A stretch of 22,852 bases of DNA, from positions 1 to 22,852 of the forward strand of contig CAZQLM010000007.1 in NCBI GenBank assembly GCA_964594175.1, given 5' to 3'. A program made the position numbers and the translations under genes. Position 1 is the first letter of the stretch. Each line of letters opens with the position of its first letter. The notes under the pieces were generated by a model. That model did no database searches and was not told where the DNA came from. It worked only from the letters and a program-made list of their open reading frames with translations. Of this stretch, positions 14,396-22,177 are shown piece after piece. This DNA comes from an uncultured archaeon. GTDB lineage: Archaea > Aenigmatarchaeota > Aenigmatarchaeia > Aenigmatarchaeales > SZUA-1535.

Positions 14396-15907
14396 ATGCA
14401 TGTCGGTACGGTTATCTCTACAGCGTCCACTCCGAGCACAGAAAAATTTCATTTTGTGCTCACGGAAAATGGTGAAATTAAGAAAGGTCAGTTTGTAGCT
14501 GTAAGAAGCGAAGAAGGTAATATAATAGCACGTGTAGCGGACGTTATACGCGTGAATCCTTACTTCGAAAGGGCAGAATCCGTTCGCGAGTTCGAGCGTT
14601 CGGGAAAATCTCTTACAGAGCTATTTCCATCTGATCGTTGGGAATATCGTGTTGGAGAGGCTGTGCCTTTGGGTGTTTATAATACTAGCGGTGAGCTTCA
14701 GCGCAGTTTTGTACCACCTTCTCCTGGAGAAAAGGTATTTCTGGCGGGAAAGGAAGAGCTTTTTAACTTTTTCGGATTTGATGAGCACGGTTTGTTCTTG
14801 GGAGAAGTTCTGCATCACAACGTTGAGGTAAAGCTCAATTTGACAAGACTTCTGCAAAAGCACCTGGCGATTCTTGCGATGTCCGGGGCTGGAAAATCTT
14901 ACCTCACAAGTGTTCTGGTTGAAGAGCTATTGGAGAGAAAAGAAAACTTCGGAAAAATAGGAATAGTGCTTATAGATACGCACGGCGAGTATATTGGTTT
15001 TGCAGAAGATGAAAGATACATGCACAATACATTTGTGGTAGAGGGAAAGGATTTTAAAATAGGTGTTCCTTCTCTTTCCCCCCAGTTCTTCGCAGAATTT
15101 ATTCCGCAAATGAGCGCTGTTCAAAGAAGAGAGCTAACTAAGCTTTTAGCGCATTTACATGAGGAAAGAAGGGAAAGACCATTTGATTTAAATGATCTCC
15201 TTGAAATGCTGGAGAATGATAAAATAATTAAGAAAAGTGATACAAGAAGCATTCTCTACACGTATCTTTCTGAGCTCAATGCAACAGGGCTTTTCGGTTA
15301 TTACGATAATCCTTCTCTGGACAAACTCACTAGGCCTGGGCAGCTAACGATAATAGACATTTCCGATCTTACCTCGCAAAAGGAGAAACAGATAATAGTT
15401 TCATATATTGGTAGAAGGCTTTTCGAGGCAAGAAGAATCGAAAGAATTCCGCCAGTTCTTTTTGTGATAGAGGAAGCACATAACTATGCTCCAGAGAGTG
15501 TGAAAAGAGAGGCTGCAATTTCCAGAGGTATAATCGAAAAAATAGCGAGGGAAGGAAGAAAATTTCATCTTTCTCTCTGTCTAATTTCTCAGCGACCGAT
15601 AAATCTTTCCACTACAGCTCTTTCGCAGTGCAACACTCATATAATTTTGCGTGTGACAAATCCTTATGATTTGGAGCACATAGGGAAAACATCAGAGGGA
15701 ATCACAAGAGATGTGCTTAAGACAATCTCTTCTCTTCAGGTAGGGGAAGCTCTTGTCGTTGGAGAGGCTGTAAATTACCCATTATTTTTCAAGGTAAGAA
15801 AAAGAAAGAGCAAAAAGACGGAAAGAGGCATTAGCTTGGAAGAGGCTGCAAAAAGATTTATGGAAAAACTTAATTCCATAAGCAGAGATGCTAAGGCTTT
15901 TATGTAA
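14396..15907 (+). CDS. herA: HerA-type hexameric DNA translocase/helicase (DUF87 ATPase, FtsK-HerA superfamily)
   Basis: HAS-barrel-like N-terminus (VGTVISTAS...FVAVRSEEGNIIARV). NVEVKLNLTRLLQKHLAILAMSGAGKSYL (Walker A). VLFVIEEAHNYAP (Walker B). REGRKFHLSLCLISQRPINL, and LQVGEALVVGEAV. It is collinear by eye with Sulfolobus HerA. Confidence 0.8.
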   Translation: MHVGTVISTASTPSTEKFHFVLTENGEIKKGQFVAVRSEEGNIIARVADVIRVNPYFERAESVREFERSGKSLTELFPSDRWEYRVGEAVPLGVYNTSGELQRSFVPPSPGEKVFLAGKEELFNFFGFDEHGLFLGEVLHHNVEVKLNLTRLLQKHLAILAMSGAGKSYLTSVLVEELLERKENFGKIGIVLIDTHGEYIGFAEDERYMHNTFVVEGKDFKIGVPSLSPQFFAEFIPQMSAVQRRELTKLLAHLHEERRERPFDLNDLLEMLENDKIIKKSDTRSILYTYLSELNATGLFGYYDNPSLDKLTRPGQLTIIDISDLTSQKEKQIIVSYIGRRLFEARRIERIPPVLFVIEEAHNYAPESVKREAAISRGIIEKIAREGRKFHLSLCLISQRPINLSTTALSQCNTHIILRVTNPYDLEHIGKTSEGITRDVLKTISSLQVGEALVVGEAVNYPLFFKVRKRKSKKTERGISLEEAAKRFMEKLNSISRDAKAFM

Positions 15908-16006
15908 TCTCTACAAGTTTGATTTCTTCAAAGAAAACGCAAAATGAAAACGAATCTGAAACAAGAGCTTTTATTTAATACCCTTGAGTTTCGCTATTGA
16001 AAAGTA

Positions 16007-16020
16007 GTTATTTAAATTTT
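16007..16020 (+). promoter_or_regulatory. Putative TATA box for trmB-like gene
   Basis: 'gttatttaaatttt' is centred about 26 nt upstream of ATG 16039. Confidence 0.3.
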
Positions 16021-16038
16021 TCTCTCGTTTTTCTTTTC

Positions 16039-16824
16039 ATGAAATTTGACGAAAAGGTTTTCAGCACTTTAAAATTTACGGGTCTTTCAAAAAACGAAAT
16101 AAAGGTATATGCAGCTTTAATTACGCTTGGCTCGTGCACGGCTGGTGAAATAGCAAGAAAAGCAGGAATAGATAGAAGAAATGTTTACGACGCTTTGGAA
16201 AGGCTTTCAAAAAAGGGTTTGGTGGGTTTTGTTCAAAAAGGGAAGGTTAAATATTTTGAGCCTTCATCACCAGCAAGAATTTTAGAAATTTTCAAAAAGA
16301 AAAAAGAAGAAATGGAAAGAAAAGAAAAGGAAATTACAGAAATTCTTAGCAAAATGCTCGATGTTTATTTCTCAACACGCGAAAACACTTCGATTACTGT
16401 ATATAAAGGTTTTGAAGGAATAAAATACGTGCTGAACAATGTTTTAGAGATAGCTAAAGAAAACTTGGTAATAGGAGCTCACAAAGTTCACAAAAATCTG
16501 GAAGCTTTTCTCGAGCAATTTCACAGAAAAAGGATTTCGAAAAAAATTGTCGATAAACTTTTGTTCAATGTAGGAGATTTGGAAAGAGCGAAAAAACTTT
16601 CTGAGCTTCCTTATACAGAGGTAAGGTTATTGCCGAAAGGTATGGAGTGCGCAACCTGCATTAATATATATGCAGAAAGAGTTGCTATTCTTACATTTTC
16701 AGAGCCAACTGCAATTTTAATAAAAGATAAAGGCGTTTACACATTTTTCAAGGAAATTTTTTACATGCTGTGGAAAATTTCCAAGAAAATTACTCGTGGT
16801 AGTTACCACCACAAAGATATTTAA
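16039..16824 (+). CDS. trmB: TrmB-family transcriptional regulator
   Basis: ORF 15997..16824 trimmed to ATG 16039 (MKFDEKVFSTLKFTGLS). LSKNEIKVYAALITLGSCTAGEIARKAGIDRRNVYDALERLSKKGLV is the TrmB wHTH. A coiled-coil linker and a TrmB C-terminal-type domain follow. Confidence 0.8.
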   Translation: MKFDEKVFSTLKFTGLSKNEIKVYAALITLGSCTAGEIARKAGIDRRNVYDALERLSKKGLVGFVQKGKVKYFEPSSPARILEIFKKKKEEMERKEKEITEILSKMLDVYFSTRENTSITVYKGFEGIKYVLNNVLEIAKENLVIGAHKVHKNLEAFLEQFHRKRISKKIVDKLLFNVGDLERAKKLSELPYTEVRLLPKGMECATCINIYAERVAILTFSEPTAILIKDKGVYTFFKEIFYMLWKISKKITRGSYHHKDI

Positions 16825-16847
16825 AATACAAAGCTTAATGTACTTCC

Positions 16848-17576
16848 ATGAAAGCAAAAAAGCTAGAGCCATTACCTGGAACAATTCCGGCAATGGATAT
16901 GCCTGCTGGAAATTGTTTCGAACTTGCTGGAAAACTTTCTGGAAAACTTTCTCAAGCAAAAGGAATAGCAGCATACAAAATAGGAAGCCTGCCAGTAATG
17001 GAAAAAGGTTTTGAAGCGTTCAAAGATTTTCCAGGAAATAAAATCTACGACCATCAGAAGGGAGCGAGCGATATTCCTGCAATAATTGAAAAACAAGTAG
17101 AACTTGCTGCAAAATATAGCTTTCACGGAATTATCGGCAATCCGCTAGGGGCAGGGAGAAAAACTCTTGAAAAATTCGTGGAGAAAGCGCACGAGCTTGG
17201 AGTTATACCAATTGTTGTAGTGGAGATGACGCACCCGCAAGCCACAAGCTACTCTTCTTTGGAAAAATGCGAAGAGCTCGCAAGAGATTTTGCTGAACTT
17301 GGAGGAAGATATATAGTAGCACCTGCTACGAAACCGGAGAGAATAGAAGTATATAAAAGGATAGGCGAACGATATGGAGATGGATTTTTTGTGATTTCTC
17401 CTGGGGTAGGGCCGCAAAAAACCGGCAATGCTCCAAAAGACGCGTATAACGCTGTGCTTTACGGAGCGGATTACGTTGTTGTTGGAAGAGCTATTTATAA
17501 AGCTGAAAATCCGGTAAGAGCGGTAGAAGAAATTTACGAAGCTATTACAAAAGCTTATGAGGAGAGAAAAGAATGA
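16848..17576 (+). CDS. pyrF: Orotidine 5'-phosphate decarboxylase-like protein (divergent active-site spacing)
   Basis: IPAMDM..., YKIG, VVVEMTHPQA, APATKPERI, VISPGVGPQ and GADYVVVGRAIYKAENP align by eye with archaeal PyrF. The catalytic DxKxxD region instead reads YDHQKGASDIP (17049-17072). Confidence 0.65.
   Translation: MKAKKLEPLPGTIPAMDMPAGNCFELAGKLSGKLSQAKGIAAYKIGSLPVMEKGFEAFKDFPGNKIYDHQKGASDIPAIIEKQVELAAKYSFHGIIGNPLGAGRKTLEKFVEKAHELGVIPIVVVEMTHPQATSYSSLEKCEELARDFAELGGRYIVAPATKPERIEVYKRIGERYGDGFFVISPGVGPQKTGNAPKDAYNAVLYGADYVVVGRAIYKAENPVRAVEEIYEAITKAYEERKE
16927..16950 (+). repeat. Perfect in-frame 12-nt tandem duplication (ctggaaaacttt x2)
   Basis: 16927-16938 is identical to 16939-16950 and encodes ..AGKLSGKLS.. 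near the N-terminus of the pyrF-like protein. Confidence 0.9.
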
Positions 17577-18292
17577 AGAAAAATTTGCTTGAAGAATTTT
17601 ATCAGCACAGGTTAATAAAAACCTGGTATAGAGATAACCCAGAAGGATGGAAGCTTATTTCTGGTTTGTGGAGCCCTTTTTATATAAATTTAAGAGATTT
17701 GCCGAGCTATCCAGAAATTTTCAGAGAAACTGCTCTCGAACTTGGAAAACTCGTGAAGGAAAGCAAGGTGGATAAAATAGTGGGCATAGCAAGTGCAGGC
17801 ATACCTATAGCAAGCGCTATCAGCTATGAATATGCAATCCCCATGCTTTACACCAGAAAACTTGAAGGAGTGAGAAAGCTTGAAGAGCTTGAAAGAAAGA
17901 TTCGCGAATACGGTGCTCACAGAGTTGTGGAGGGTGTTATGAAAAATGGAGACGAGTTGGGATTAGTAGATGATTTAATCACGAAGGCTGATTCAAAGTT
18001 AGTTGCGAGAGCACAAGTACTTTATGAAGCTGAAAAAAGAGGAATTGAAGTTTCCTGCAATAAGGTTTTTGTGGTTTTTGATCGCGAGCAGGGCGGGAAA
18101 GAAACGCTTGAAGAGCACGGAGTAGAGCTTCACACCTTGATACAGTTTAAGCGAAATTTGTCGAATCTCGAAAAAGTTATGGATGAGATAGAATTTGAAA
18201 TCATAAAGGATTATTTGGAACAGCCGGAAAAATACCAGAGCATAGAAATTCAGGAAAAGCTAAAAAAGATTGCGATAAGAAAAGGAGAATAG
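17573..18292 (+). CDS. pyrE: Orotate phosphoribosyltransferase-like protein (type I PRTase, divergent PRPP loop)
   Basis: GWKLISGLWSPFYINLRDL (compare F.L.SG..SPyY.d.r). VGIASAGIPIASAIS. YTRK...YGAHRVVEG. PRPP motif LGLVDDLITKADS (17966-17995). VFDREQGG. The start overlaps the pyrF-like stop (ATGA at 17573-17576). Confidence 0.65.
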   Translation: MKKNLLEEFYQHRLIKTWYRDNPEGWKLISGLWSPFYINLRDLPSYPEIFRETALELGKLVKESKVDKIVGIASAGIPIASAISYEYAIPMLYTRKLEGVRKLEELERKIREYGAHRVVEGVMKNGDELGLVDDLITKADSKLVARAQVLYEAEKRGIEVSCNKVFVVFDREQGGKETLEEHGVELHTLIQFKRNLSNLEKVMDEIEFEIIKDYLEQPEKYQSIEIQEKLKKIAIRKGE

Positions 18293-18989
18293 AAATTATA
18301 AAGCTCTCGATTTCGATTAAAAGCGGTACGTGATCCGAGAGATTGTAATGCTTTAAAATTCTTATTTCAAACCTGTGCGTAGCGAACAAGTTTTCCGTAA
18401 TGAAAGCGTAATCTATCCTCCATCCGAGATTTCTCTCCTTTGCGGTTTTGTTGTAATACGGAAACCACGTAAACTCTTTTTTCTCTTGGTAAAGTTTTCT
18501 GAACAGATCAACAAATCCAAGTGCGAGAATTCTTTCGATTTTTTCTCTTTCCTGAGGGGTGAACATTGTAACGTCTTCGCGAATGTTTGGGATTCCGATA
18601 TCCATTCTACTTCTTGCAACATTAAAATCTCCCAGAAGAATTACATTTTCATTTTTCTGTGTGTAGTTTTCTAAAAAATCTATCAGCCTGCTAAATGCTT
18701 CGAGTTTGTATTCCATGAACCTTTTGTCCCGAGAGCCGTGGGGCATGTAAACATTAATAAGCGAAAAATCATCAAATTTTGAAAAAATCGCTGTTCCAGT
18801 ATAGCCGTGCTTTTTTGCCGGATTTAAAACGCGGTTATACTTTAAAAGCTCGAAGGGAATTGCAAAATCTTTCGCCAGCTTTATTTCCTGCAGGCAGATG
18901 ATATCAGGATCTTCCTTTTTCACAACTTCAACAAATCCTTTTAAAATCGCTGCTTTAATTCCGTCAACGTTTAGTGAAAGAATTCTCAT
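18201..18989 (-). CDS. xth: Exodeoxyribonuclease III / AP endonuclease (EEP family), with unusual C-terminal tail
   Basis: ORF 18201..19007 trimmed to ATG 18989 (MRILSLNVDG...ICLQEIK). Also LLGDFNVA, WRIDYAF, and SDHVPLLIEI at the normal C-terminus. The frame then stays open for about 45 more codons. The ATG overlaps the upstream kinase stop (ATGA at 18986-18989). Confidence 0.8.
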   Translation of the reverse strand: MRILSLNVDGIKAAILKGFVEVVKKEDPDIICLQEIKLAKDFAIPFELLKYNRVLNPAKKHGYTGTAIFSKFDDFSLINVYMPHGSRDKRFMEYKLEAFSRLIDFLENYTQKNENVILLGDFNVARSRMDIGIPNIREDVTMFTPQEREKIERILALGFVDLFRKLYQEKKEFTWFPYYNKTAKERNLGWRIDYAFITENLFATHRFEIRILKHYNLSDHVPLLIEIESFIISILLFLSQSFLAFPEFLCSGIFPAVPNNPL

Positions 18990-19486
18990 TTCTGCACACC
19001 CTTCCATTTTTGCACAATTTTTTCTATCTCTTCAGCAATTTTTTCCGGCGGTTTGCCAGTGGTATCTATTTCAACAACCCTTTTCCTGCCAAGCCTTTCC
19101 TCGGCTTCTATCGCAATTAAATCAATCATTTCAGCTTCAACATTTTCGCGAATTTTTCGCTTTGTCCAGCGTTTTGCTTTCAATCTTTTTTCAAGCTCTT
19201 CTGGAGAGCATCTTAGCACAATAGCAAAATCCACATTAAGCAAATGCGAAATATGCGAATCCAGAATTAAAATTTTATTTTCGTATTTATTCCTGAGCTT
19301 TCTTAGATGGTTTTCAACTTTTTTAGAATCAACAACCCAGCTTTTTCTTTTTTTATCAAAACCCTTGACGAGTTTTCTTCTTACAATTACCCGGTTCAAA
19401 GCTATGACTTTGTAACCTTTTTTTCTAATAAATTTTGCTACTGTACTTTTCCCTGTTCCCGGCACACCCGTAAGAGCTATAAGCAT
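18986..19486 (-). CDS. Fap7/AK6-type nucleoside-triphosphatase / putative adenylate kinase (small-subunit rRNA maturation factor)
   Basis: MLIALTGVPGTGKSTVA (P-loop at the extreme N-terminus), LDSHISHLL, AIVLRCSPEELEKRLK, ENVEAEMIDLI and VEIDTTGKPPEKIAEEI. It is collinear by eye with Pyrococcus Fap7. Confidence 0.85.
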   Translation of the reverse strand: MLIALTGVPGTGKSTVAKFIRKKGYKVIALNRVIVRRKLVKGFDKKRKSWVVDSKKVENHLRKLRNKYENKILILDSHISHLLNVDFAIVLRCSPEELEKRLKAKRWTKRKIRENVEAEMIDLIAIEAEERLGRKRVVEIDTTGKPPEKIAEEIEKIVQKWKGVQK

Positions 19487-19760
19487 GCAATTCTTCTATA
19501 TCTAACTTTTTTAAATCCTTTTCTTTGACACCGTAAAATTTTCCTTTACTCTTCAAGAAGGCTTCTTTCATGACTTCTCCGTATTCATCTATTGCTTCTT
19601 TTATCGACATCTGTAAGTAAGATTTTCTATTTCCTAATTCAAATATTCTTATTACTCGCTCTCCATCGGCTGTGGTTGCCAAGTAAAAGTAGAGACCAGA
19701 AGATATTCCTATAGGACCTTGATATCCATTTTCACAAAGCACATTTAAAATCTTCTCCAC
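19425..19760 (-). CDS. Hypothetical protein
   Basis: 111-codon ORF with a GTG start at 19760 and TATA-like AT-rich sequence upstream. No family recognised. Its last 62 nt overlap the P-loop-coding 5' end of the Fap7-like gene. Confidence 0.4.
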   Translation of the reverse strand: MEKILNVLCENGYQGPIGISSGLYFYLATTADGERVIRIFELGNRKSYLQMSIKEAIDEYGEVMKEAFLKSKGKFYGVKEKDLKKLDIEELHAYSSYGCAGNREKYSSKIY

Positions 19761-19810
19761 GTTTTAAAATATTAATTCAGAAATATTTAAAAAATTTTTT
19801 ACGGAACGTT

Positions 19811-20974
19811 TTACTCCTCATACCCTTCTGCGAAAAGAAGCATTGCAGCGCTCCATGTTTGCTCTGGCGAGCCACCAGGCTGAGCTGTAAAAGCGTGAAT
19901 CCATTCGTAAAATTTTCCTTCTCCTAGCACGCAAGCTTCTTCAAGCTTTTTTAACTCTTTCTCGTATTCGAGTTTTTCTTTTTTAAGCATTGCAACATAA
20001 AAGCCACCGACAAAAGGCCAGCAGGCACCGTTGTGAAAAGCTCCAGGCTCTTGCAAGAAAGCAAGCTCTGTTTCGCGAAAGTAAAAGCACCAGAAAGGGT
20101 CTTGTTTTGGAATAGCTGGTATAAGCACGCGAACAGGGTAAGGCTCTGCAACCCTGAAGCTTTTAAAAGCTTCCAGAATTTTTTTCTTTTTCTCCTTATC
20201 CGGAATTTCGAAAAGCACAGCTAAAATATTCGCAAAAACATCAAAGCGAGCATCGTATTTTCTAAACCCAAGCTCAGCTATATAATAAGGTTTCTCTCCT
20301 TCTCTTAAAGCCAGCTGGTAATCCTTTTCTATTCCGGTATAGCCGTAAAGTTTTTCCACATTTTGCAAATTTTCATGGCTAAGCCAGAGCAAAAGATTTA
20401 TGTTTTCTCTCACAAGCTCTGCAAAGCTAAGATATTCAGAGCTTTTACCGAGCTCTTCGAAAAGCATGTGCAAATGTTTCAGCGAAGCGTAGAGCAAAAC
20501 ATTATCGTAAAGCACCCTTCCGCTACGCAAAAGCATGTCCATCCAATCGCTCCCTTCATGCGTTTCCAAAAGCCAGTCATTGTTCAGATCAAGATTCAAA
20601 GCCCATTGCACAGCTTTTTCTATTTTCTCTATGTTCTTCTCGATAAATTCCTTATCGCCAGTATTTTTAAGATAATAAAAGCAAGCGATAGGAAGCCATA
20701 AGCTTGAATCCACGCAGCCGCCCTCGCCAAAAAAAGCTTTTGTTCCATCTGGCGTGATTTTATTGGGAATCTGTCCTGTAAATTTTTGGTGAACTAAACA
20801 CGTTTGCAAGCATTTTTTCGCTAAGACATGGAGCTCTTCGTAAAGCGAAAAGCCTAGCACGGAGATTAAAGCATCTCTGCACCAGAAATCTGGGTAATAA
20901 TAGCCAGCTTTTATCCCGGCAGGAATTTTATTCTTTTCTATTATTTCAAAAGCTTTTTTAACAACTTCTAACAC
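19811..20974 (-). CDS. Amylo-alpha-1,6-glucosidase / glycogen-debranching-enzyme-like (alpha/alpha)6-barrel glycoside hydrolase
   Basis: YYYPDFWCRDALISVLG, CVDSSLWLPIA, HEGSDWMD, and NGACWPFVGGFY...TAQPGGSPEQTWSAAM, typical of the GDE_C/COG3408 family. The track start is TTG 21034. GTG 20974 (VLEVVKKAFE...) is preferred because it leaves a shared AT-rich divergent promoter. Confidence 0.7.
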   Translation of the reverse strand: MLEVVKKAFEIIEKNKIPAGIKAGYYYPDFWCRDALISVLGFSLYEELHVLAKKCLQTCLVHQKFTGQIPNKITPDGTKAFFGEGGCVDSSLWLPIACFYYLKNTGDKEFIEKNIEKIEKAVQWALNLDLNNDWLLETHEGSDWMDMLLRSGRVLYDNVLLYASLKHLHMLFEELGKSSEYLSFAELVRENINLLLWLSHENLQNVEKLYGYTGIEKDYQLALREGEKPYYIAELGFRKYDARFDVFANILAVLFEIPDKEKKKKILEAFKSFRVAEPYPVRVLIPAIPKQDPFWCFYFRETELAFLQEPGAFHNGACWPFVGGFYVAMLKKEKLEYEKELKKLEEACVLGEGKFYEWIHAFTAQPGGSPEQTWSAAMLLFAEGYEE

Positions 20975-21033
20975 AAAAATATTTATTTCCCTGATTTTTA
21001 AAAATTTTAGAGACGTTGCCTGAGTGAGAAACA

Positions 21034-22176
21034 ATGAAAGTACTAATGCTTAGCTGGGAGTTTCCGCCAAGAATAATGGGTGGGTTAGGAGTAGTTGTTT
21101 ACAACATTTCTAAGCATCTTCTCGAGAAAGGTGTGGATGTGAAAATAGCTTTGCCTTTTGATCCCGGAAATAAAGAACTTGAGCATGCTATTTTGCCGAT
21201 ATTTGAAAAGCTCAAAATTTCTTTTGGTGTTTATGACACGCTTGTGTTTGAAAAAGAAGGTGCGGAGGGAAAAAGTTTTTTGGAAGCAGTAAAGCTCTAT
21301 GCAAAACGCGTTGCAGAAATTTGCAGGCATATAGATTTTGATATAATTCACGCTCACGACTGGCTTACATTTCCGGCTGCGATGGCTCTGAAAAAAACCT
21401 GCAGAAAACCTTTGATCGTGCATTTTCATTCCACAGAATTCGACAGGGCAGGAGCGAGATTTGGCAATGAAAAGGTGCATGAAATAGAGTATTACGCCTC
21501 GCATTTAGCTGATAAAATAATTGCTGTAAGCCAAAGGGTGAAAAACTGGATAGTAAACGAGTATTATGTGCCGGAAGAAAAAGTAGAGGTTGTTTACAAT
21601 GCTGTGGAAAGAATTTCTCCACCAAAAGAAAAGCGCTCAGGGCATGTTGTGCTTTACGTGGGAAGGCTTTCTTTGATGAAAGGTCCGGATTACTTCTTGC
21701 AAGCTGCTAAGCGCGTATTGGAAAAGGAAAAGGCATATTTTGTAATTGTTGGTCAGGGAGAGATGATGCATGAGCTAATGGAACAAGCCTGCGCTTTAGG
21801 AATAGCCGATCGCGTACTTTTCACGGGCTTTATAGATCGCGAAACCTTGATAAATAAATTTTACAAATACGCAGACGTGCTTGTCATGCCTTCTGTTTCA
21901 GAGCCTTTTGGGCTAACTGCTTTAGAGGCTATAGCAAATAAAGTTCCGGTAATAGTTTCGAAGCAAAGCGGTGTGGCAGAGGTTGTTAAAAATTGCTTAA
22001 AGGTGGATTTCTGGGACGTGGACGAGATGGCAAACAAAATAATAGCTTTACTCAGGCACAAACCTTTAAAAGATATGCTTGCAGAATATAGTTTAAGAGA
22101 GATTGAAAAATTAAGCTGGAACTCGCAAGTAAACGAGCTTATCAAAATTTACGAAAAAGTTTTGAAGGTGCACTAG
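21034..22176 (+). CDS. GT-B glycosyltransferase, glycogen(starch) synthase-like
   Basis: MKVLMLSWEFPPRIMGGLGVVV (the glycogen-synthase-type N-terminus), HAHDW, and VMPSVSEPFGLTALEAIANKVPVIVS (the E-x7-E region). 380 aa. Confidence 0.75.
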   Translation: MKVLMLSWEFPPRIMGGLGVVVYNISKHLLEKGVDVKIALPFDPGNKELEHAILPIFEKLKISFGVYDTLVFEKEGAEGKSFLEAVKLYAKRVAEICRHIDFDIIHAHDWLTFPAAMALKKTCRKPLIVHFHSTEFDRAGARFGNEKVHEIEYYASHLADKIIAVSQRVKNWIVNEYYVPEEKVEVVYNAVERISPPKEKRSGHVVLYVGRLSLMKGPDYFLQAAKRVLEKEKAYFVIVGQGEMMHELMEQACALGIADRVLFTGFIDRETLINKFYKYADVLVMPSVSEPFGLTALEAIANKVPVIVSKQSGVAEVVKNCLKVDFWDVDEMANKIIALLRHKPLKDMLAEYSLREIEKLSWNSQVNELIKIYEKVLKVH

Positions 22177-22177
22177 C

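Noticed and set aside
15917-15931. Short inverted repeat tttga-tttct-tcaaa downstream of herA as a terminator
   Set aside because: The stem is only 5 bp, is AT-rich, and is not followed by a T-tract. This is indistinguishable from chance in an AT-rich genome.
20975-21033. TrmB operator of the Thermococcales TGM type (TATCAC-N5-GTGATA) in the glycogen divergent promoter or near trmB
   Set aside because: The motif is not present there. Isolated half-sites (e.g. tatcac near 10034, gtgata inside the radical SAM and herA coding regions) are unpaired and in irrelevant positions.
68-21034. Long N-terminal extensions in the ORF track (68, 331, 1166, 3728, 10867, 15997, 19007, 21034 on minus)
   Set aside because: These extensions overlap upstream genes or promoters and add non-conserved residues ahead of recognisable family N-termini. 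Internal ATG or GTG starts at 167, 421, 1238, 3737, 10828, 16039, 18989 and 20974 fit family alignments and TATA/RBS spacing better. These are judgement calls, not proven.
145-22145. Numerous 60-140 aa ORFs antisense to or overlapping confidently assigned genes (e.g. 145..342-, 1232..1564-, 1689..2024-, 6483..6764+, 9392..9694+, 11936..12259+, 13169..13390+, 14621..14863-, 17145..17417-, 18375..18674+, 19053..19415+, 20363..20701+, 21085..21504-)
   Set aside because: These are shadow ORFs. They lie entirely inside genes with strong family signatures on the other strand or frame, have low-complexity or Ser/Phe/Leu/Cys-rich translations, and lack independent start signals.
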